DNA of 64,000 nucleotides from NCBI GenBank assembly GCA_034530615.2, contig JAVRCV020000033.1:1-64000 (forward strand), in the 5' to 3' direction. The notes beneath the pieces are model-generated. The model ran no database searches, had not been told where the DNA came from, and worked only from the letters and a program-made list of their open reading frames with translations. Positions 58,926-64,000 of this stretch are shown in pieces; the first letter of the stretch is position 1, and each line of letters begins with the position of its first letter. The DNA is from Aulosira sp. ZfuVER01 (GTDB taxonomy: Bacteria; Cyanobacteriota; Cyanobacteriia; Cyanobacteriales; Nostocaceae). The translations under genes and the position numbers were made by a program.

Positions 58926-61480
58926 GATTGCTTACCTGTTTTATCTGGAATCGTAAAGTAGAAAATCGAGCCTTGACCCGGTTTCGACTCCATCCAGATC
59001 CTACCGCCGTGGCGTTCTATAATCTTCTTACAAATTGCCAAACCAATACCAGTACCCGGATACTTACTTCGACTGTGCAATCGCTGAAAAATTACAAAAA
59101 TTCTTTCAGCATACTGGGATTCTAAACCAATTCCATTATCACGCACTGAAAACAACCATTCATTTTCCAATGGGGTGAGATGGGAATTTTCTTGGTCTGA
59201 TTCTATGCTGTTCTTGATGGCGGTGATGTGAATTTGGGGTGACTCCTCCCTACGAAATTTAATCGCGTTAGCAATGAGGTTTTGTAATACTTGTGCCAGT
59301 TGAGTCGGATCGGCTATGACTTCTGGGAGAGAATCGGCAGTAATTACCGCATGACTTTCGGCGATCGCAATTTCCAGGTTGGCGATCGCTCTGGCTAAGA
59401 CAGTATTACAATCTACTAATCTAAAGGGTTGCCCTCTAGTACTGACACGGGAATAGTTCAACAAATCGTTGATTAAAGTTTGCATCCGCTGTGCCCCATC
59501 AACAGCGTAGCCAATAAACTCATCGGCACGGGTATCTAGCTGATTTTTGTATCTCCGCTCGAGTAGCTGTAAATAACTAATCACCATCCGCAATGGTTCT
59601 TGCAAGTCATGGGAAGCAATATAAGCAAACTGTTCTAATTCAGCATTGGAACGTGTAAGTTCCTGACTTTGGCGGGTTTCTTGTTCTAATAGTTGGGCTT
59701 GGGATAGGGCAATACCAATTTGGTTCGCTAGCTGCTGCAACATCTCCAGTTCAAAACTGTTCCACTCACGGGGAATATCACATTGATGGACAATCAACAA
59801 GCCCCAAATACCGTCTCTAACGAGTATCGGCACTACCAAGTTAGCTTTGACATCATATTGCCGAAGAAATTCCCGGTGGCAGTCTTGGATGTTAGCTTGT
59901 TCAACGTTTGCGATCGCACTCACTCTGCCGTGACGATATTTTTCTACGTAATCTTGCTGAAAGCATGGGTCAAGAATATTTTGTCCCAGCACTATAGGCC
60001 AACCAGGCAATACCGCTTCTTGTACTACTGTTCCCGAACCATCTGGCCAAAGCCGGAAAGCCAAAACTCGGTCAGCGTGCAGAAGTTTTTGGATCTCTGT
60101 CACCGTAGTTTGGAGGATATCATCTAATTGTAGAGATTCACGAATTTTCAGGGTGATTTCCGAAAATAATTGCGATCGCAAATTTTGCCTTTTTAATTCT
60201 TCTTCTACCTGTTTGCGATCGTTGATATCAGTATGAGAACCAACCATTCGCACTACATTACCTGTACTATCCCAAAGCGCCTGTCCACGATCTAAAATCC
60301 ATTTATAACTGCCATCTTTACACAGAAGCCGATGTTCAGTTACGTAATAGGGCGTTTTTTTGTGTAAGTGATCCTGAACTGCTTGCAATACCCAATTTAA
60401 ATCTTCAGGATGAACTATTTTTGACCATTCATCGATACTATTAGCAATTTCGTGGTCTTGATAACCGAGCATTTCTTTCCAACGAGTAGAAAAAAATACT
60501 TCGCCTGTCTTCAGGTTCCAATCCCAGATCCCATCATTATTACCTTGTAAGGCTAACTGCCAGCGTTGTTCGCTCTCCTGTAAGGCAGCTTCTACTTTTT
60601 TGCGCTCAGTAATATCTCGCGTAAAACAGCGCGTATGAATAAAGTTGCCTTCTTCCCAAAACACATTCGAGTTAATTAAAACATGGCGAATCGATCCATC
60701 CTTGCAACGTAACTTTGCCTCATAATTGTGTAAAGTTTCGTTGCTAGTCAACCTTTGCAGAATATCCTCGATTACATCTTGGTCAACATGAAACTCAGTA
60801 ATAGAGTGTCCGATATACTCAGAGCGCGTGTAGCCTAAAAGGTCGAGTTCTGCCTGATTTGCCCAAGCAATTGTGCCATCTGCTTGTACCCAGTGCATCC
60901 CTACAGTAGCATTTTCTACAAAGTCTCTCAGTTCTTGCTGACTGTGTCGTAGTGCTGCTTCTACTCGCTTTTGTTCTTCAGCAAAACGAGATACCTCAGC
61001 CAAATTACGTCTTAGCTCTAGTTGGCTAATAACTTGACGAGCAAGTGCTTGCAGCACTTCTACTTGTTTGTCGCTGAGTTGCCGTGGCACATTATCAATT
61101 ACGCAGAGAGTACCAACCATATCTCCCTGAGGAGTAATCAAAGGTACACCTGCATAAAACCGCGCAAAAGGATAGGAAATCACTACTGGATTTGTTGCCA
61201 ACTGTTCATCAGCTAATGTATCTGGTACTACCACAATGTCTTGCCTGTCTTGGCAAAGGTAGGATAAACCAATATTCCGGGGCATTTCCGGTACATCCAA
61301 ACCTAATCTGGCTTTAAACCACTGTCGATTTTCATCAATGAAATTCACCAAGACTATAGGAGCGCCACAAATAAATGCAGCTAATTGGGCAATATCGTCG
61401 TAAGCTTTTTCTGGTTCAGTGTCCAGAATTTGATACTGACGCAAGGCTTCCAGTCTTGCCGCTTCTTTATTAGGGAACAC
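58922..61480 (-). CDS. GAF-PAS-PAS-GAF histidine kinase with a DXCF cyanobacteriochrome domain
   Basis: Second GAF has DPCF and CH (IQDCHREFL); kinase [22 protein letters not shown] (Cph1-type). Confidence 0.9.
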   Translation of the reverse strand: MFPNKEAARLEALRQYQILDTEPEKAYDDIAQLAAFICGAPIVLVNFIDENRQWFKARLGLDVPEMPRNIGLSYLCQDRQDIVVVPDTLADEQLATNPVVISYPFARFYAGVPLITPQGDMVGTLCVIDNVPRQLSDKQVEVLQALARQVISQLELRRNLAEVSRFAEEQKRVEAALRHSQQELRDFVENATVGMHWVQADGTIAWANQAELDLLGYTRSEYIGHSITEFHVDQDVIEDILQRLTSNETLHNYEAKLRCKDGSIRHVLINSNVFWEEGNFIHTRCFTRDITERKKVEAALQESEQRWQLALQGNNDGIWDWNLKTGEVFFSTRWKEMLGYQDHEIANSIDEWSKIVHPEDLNWVLQAVQDHLHKKTPYYVTEHRLLCKDGSYKWILDRGQALWDSTGNVVRMVGSHTDINDRKQVEEELKRQNLRSQLFSEITLKIRESLQLDDILQTTVTEIQKLLHADRVLAFRLWPDGSGTVVQEAVLPGWPIVLGQNILDPCFQQDYVEKYRHGRVSAIANVEQANIQDCHREFLRQYDVKANLVVPILVRDGIWGLLIVHQCDIPREWNSFELEMLQQLANQIGIALSQAQLLEQETRQSQELTRSNAELEQFAYIASHDLQEPLRMVISYLQLLERRYKNQLDTRADEFIGYAVDGAQRMQTLINDLLNYSRVSTRGQPFRLVDCNTVLARAIANLEIAIAESHAVITADSLPEVIADPTQLAQVLQNLIANAIKFRREESPQIHITAIKNSIESDQENSHLTPLENEWLFSVRDNGIGLESQYAERIFVIFQRLHSRSKYPGTGIGLAICKKIIERHGGRIWMESKPGQGSIFYFTIPDKTGKQS

Positions 61481-61943
61481 AGGCTTTATAAATGTTTATT
61501 AAGATATATAAATTATACAATTTTTAGTTTATACATCGAAAATACATAATATTTTATACAAATTTGGATTGTAGTTTAGAGATTGCCAAATAACTACTGG
61601 TATTTGTTTTCACATTTTATTGAGCGCAAATAAGCTGCTTTGGTTATTTGTTTTTCTCTTATGAGTTTTGATTTTTATTATTAAAAGAATTGTATTAATA
61701 TACAATACTTTCATGCAGACAGATGAGTAGGAAACATCATTAAGATAATTTGATATACGAAAAGATTGTGGGTGTTCCCGACAAACAATTTATCTGCCGC
61801 AAACATTATTGGAATTGGTAGGATTTTCAGCGTTCAGCAGACATTGTTTTCCTCTGTCTATAGTTGGATAAAAATCCTAGGGTGTGGAACCTCCGTGTAG
61901 AGGTTCCTCTGCCTTTGAAATTCTGTTTTGAGCTACAAGACGA

Positions 61944-62588
61944 TTAAACTATAGACAAGATATGCGATCGCACATCCTCTACCAATTGATGTAAATTACC
62001 TGTGTTTAGGCGATAACTCAGTGGGTGGGCAATTAACCTCGCTGTACTTTCATACAACGTTGTAATTTCCACCAAACCATTTTCTCGCAAAGTCCGCCCT
62101 GTAGACACCAAATCTACAATCGCTTCTGACATCCCCGTAATCGGGCCTAGTTCCACTGAACCATACAACGGGACGATTTCTACAGGTAAATCCAGGCTTT
62201 GAAAATATTCACGAGCGCAATTGACATACTTAGAAGCAACTCGACCATGAGCTGGTAAATCTAAAGGTGATTTGTAAGGACTGGATTCTTTAACAGCTAC
62301 AGACATCCGACATTGCCCAAAATGTAAATCTACCAAATGAGCAACTTGGGGCTGTTTTTCTCGCAGTACATCGTAACCAATAATACCCAGTTGTGCTTGC
62401 CCATATTCCACATAAACAGGCACATCCTGACCCCGCACCAACAGTCCTTTCGCCTGTCCGCTAGCATCAAGAATCTGAAGTTGGCGGTTCCCTGCATCTA
62501 AAAAAGCGCTAAAATCCAATCCTACAGATTGCAACAGGCGGATGCTATTTTTCAGTAGTTCCCCTTTCGGCAAAGCAACAGTCAACAT
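61944..62588 (-). CDS. hisG: ATP phosphoribosyltransferase, short form (probable start 62588)
   Basis: [37 protein letters not shown]. Confidence 0.96.
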   Translation of the reverse strand: MLTVALPKGELLKNSIRLLQSVGLDFSAFLDAGNRQLQILDASGQAKGLLVRGQDVPVYVEYGQAQLGIIGYDVLREKQPQVAHLVDLHFGQCRMSVAVKESSPYKSPLDLPAHGRVASKYVNCAREYFQSLDLPVEIVPLYGSVELGPITGMSEAIVDLVSTGRTLRENGLVEITTLYESTARLIAHPLSYRLNTGNLHQLVEDVRSHILSIV

Positions 62589-62665
62589 GATCGTTCTTGG
62601 TATCCTTGGCATATCGGCGGTTCAATAATATTGAGAATATCTCGATATGCTGACCAATAAGCAGT

Positions 62666-63355
62666 ATGAGAATTTTATTAGTTGATGACGAAGTAGAACT
62701 AACTGGCCCCTTAAGTCGCGTCTTAACCCGTGAAGGTTATAGCGTAGATGCGGCTTATGAAGGCATAAATGGCAGTAACCTGGCACAAACTGGCAGTTAT
62801 GACCTGCTAATTTTAGACTGGATGCTGCCCGGAAAAACAGGCTTGGAAATTTGTCAGGAATTACGCCGCCAAGGTAAAACCACTCCGGTGCTGTTTCTCA
62901 CCGCCAAGGATACTCTAGATGACCGAGTTGAGGGTTTAGATGCAGGTGCGGATGATTATTTGGTAAAACCTTTTGAATTGCGGGAATTGTTAGCTAGAGT
63001 TCGCGCCTTGTTACGTCGTTCTGGGGTGGAGACATACAGCACGACAACCGGACGCCTCACAGTAGCTGATTTAGAACTGGATATTGAGAACCAAGTAGCT
63101 TATCGTCAAGAACGAGTCATTGAACTATCCCAAAAAGAAAGCCAATTACTGCAATACTTCATGGAACACAGCGGACAACTGCTGACTCACGCTCAGATTA
63201 TGCAAAATCTTTGGCAAGATGAAGAACAACCAAGTAGTAATGTGATTGCAGCATTAATTCGCCTACTGCGCCGTAAGATTGAGGTTGCTGGTGAAGCGCA
63301 GTTGATTCACACTGTTTATGGCAAAGGCTATCGCTTTGGTAGTGCTGGAGAGTAG
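62666..63355 (+). CDS. rppA: OmpR-family response regulator (RppA/NrsR-like)
   Basis: Receiver (LDWMLPG, GADDYLVKPF) plus winged helix (SNVIAALIRLLRRKI, TVYGKGY). Confidence 0.8.
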   Translation: MRILLVDDEVELTGPLSRVLTREGYSVDAAYEGINGSNLAQTGSYDLLILDWMLPGKTGLEICQELRRQGKTTPVLFLTAKDTLDDRVEGLDAGADDYLVKPFELRELLARVRALLRRSGVETYSTTTGRLTVADLELDIENQVAYRQERVIELSQKESQLLQYFMEHSGQLLTHAQIMQNLWQDEEQPSSNVIAALIRLLRRKIEVAGEAQLIHTVYGKGYRFGSAGE

Positions 63356-63438
63356 GGATGAGGGAGTGTGGGGAGTGTGGGGAGTGTGGGGAGAACTGGG
63401 ACAAGGGAGACAAGGGAGACCGGGGGGACAAGGGAGAA
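63356..63438. repeat. Nonamer tandem repeats (GGGGAGTGT / GGAGACAAG) between convergent genes
   Basis: Directly visible; related tract at 36233-36270. Confidence 0.85.
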
Positions 63439-63442
63439 ATAA

Positions 63443-64000
63443 TTAGTTGACTTTGGACTCTTGGCTTTGGACTCTTGATCCTTGACTCTTCAACAATTGA
63501 TTAATTTGAAGTTGCAATTTTTCGCGCAATTTTTGAGCTTGTTGATAAACGGCTGCACGTTCCTTGCCGAGATTAATATTTAACCCTGTTGGTTCCAAAG
63601 GTTGAATAAAATAACGTAGACGAGTTTTCATTGCCCAAACTCCCATTGAGGGAAAGAGAATCAAAAGCGGCATCAAGGGCGATAAAGGTAAAAATGGCAA
63701 TTTGAATAATCGTTGCAATTTTCTGAGATTTACAGTCCAAGGATGCAAATACTCATTACCGATGCAAATAACTGGGAGAATGGGAACTTGATAGCGATCG
63801 CTCAACTGCATAAAACTGATATCAAACTTTTCTAATTGATACCTTCTTCTCCAACCTTTTAGAGGCCCGCGTAAGCCTTCAGGTGCATAGAGGACAATTT
63901 TACGTTGCTGCATCGCCGCTTCAAAATCATCTAATTCGGCTCGCACACCACCTAAAACCTGTGACCATCCTGGCGGTAGCCACCAAATCATCCAAGGATG
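63443..64000 (-). CDS. Glycerolipid acyltransferase (PlsC/DGAT-like), 5' part outside the window
   Basis: LGGVRA, LYAPEGLRG, SFMQLS..YQVPILPVICIG. Confidence 0.75.
   Translation of the reverse strand, partial: HPWMIWWLPPGWSQVLGGVRAELDDFEAAMQQRKIVLYAPEGLRGPLKGWRRRYQLEKFDISFMQLSDRYQVPILPVICIGNEYLHPWTVNLRKLQRLFKLPFLPLSPLMPLLILFPSMGVWAMKTRLRYFIQPLEPTGLNINLGKERAAVYQQAQKLREKLQLQINQLLKSQGSRVQSQESKVN

Overview
Chromosomal window of a filamentous cyanobacterium, most likely Nostocales (abundant HIP1 GCGATCGC octamers, heptamer/nonamer STRR tracts, SDR elements and MITEs). Housekeeping genes (ung, Tab2-like, pmbA, rnz, hisG, dedA, 6S RNA) alternate with accessory modules. These include tandem secreted TPR and TPR-CHAT paralogues, a heterodimeric ABC exporter, an isolated contractile-injection-system pair (Pvc16/DUF4255-like plus Pvc15-like AAA ATPase) next to a deleted IS4, and a Ser/Thr kinase with a long Thr-motif repeat tail. 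Further modules are a Rieske oxygenase with a degenerate iron site, an island with an IS4-interrupted secreted-protein gene, a kinase/ATPase/His-kinase hybrid and a DXCF cyanobacteriochrome phosphorelay. The most interesting signal is an orphan cas6 carrying a C-terminal HTH. Its 5' leader holds one degenerate CRISPR repeat with intact Cas6-substrate geometry on the mRNA strand, directly followed by a 20-bp palindrome. This is a candidate array-less Cas6 autoregulatory module. All family assignments come from motif recognition by eye, not from database searches.
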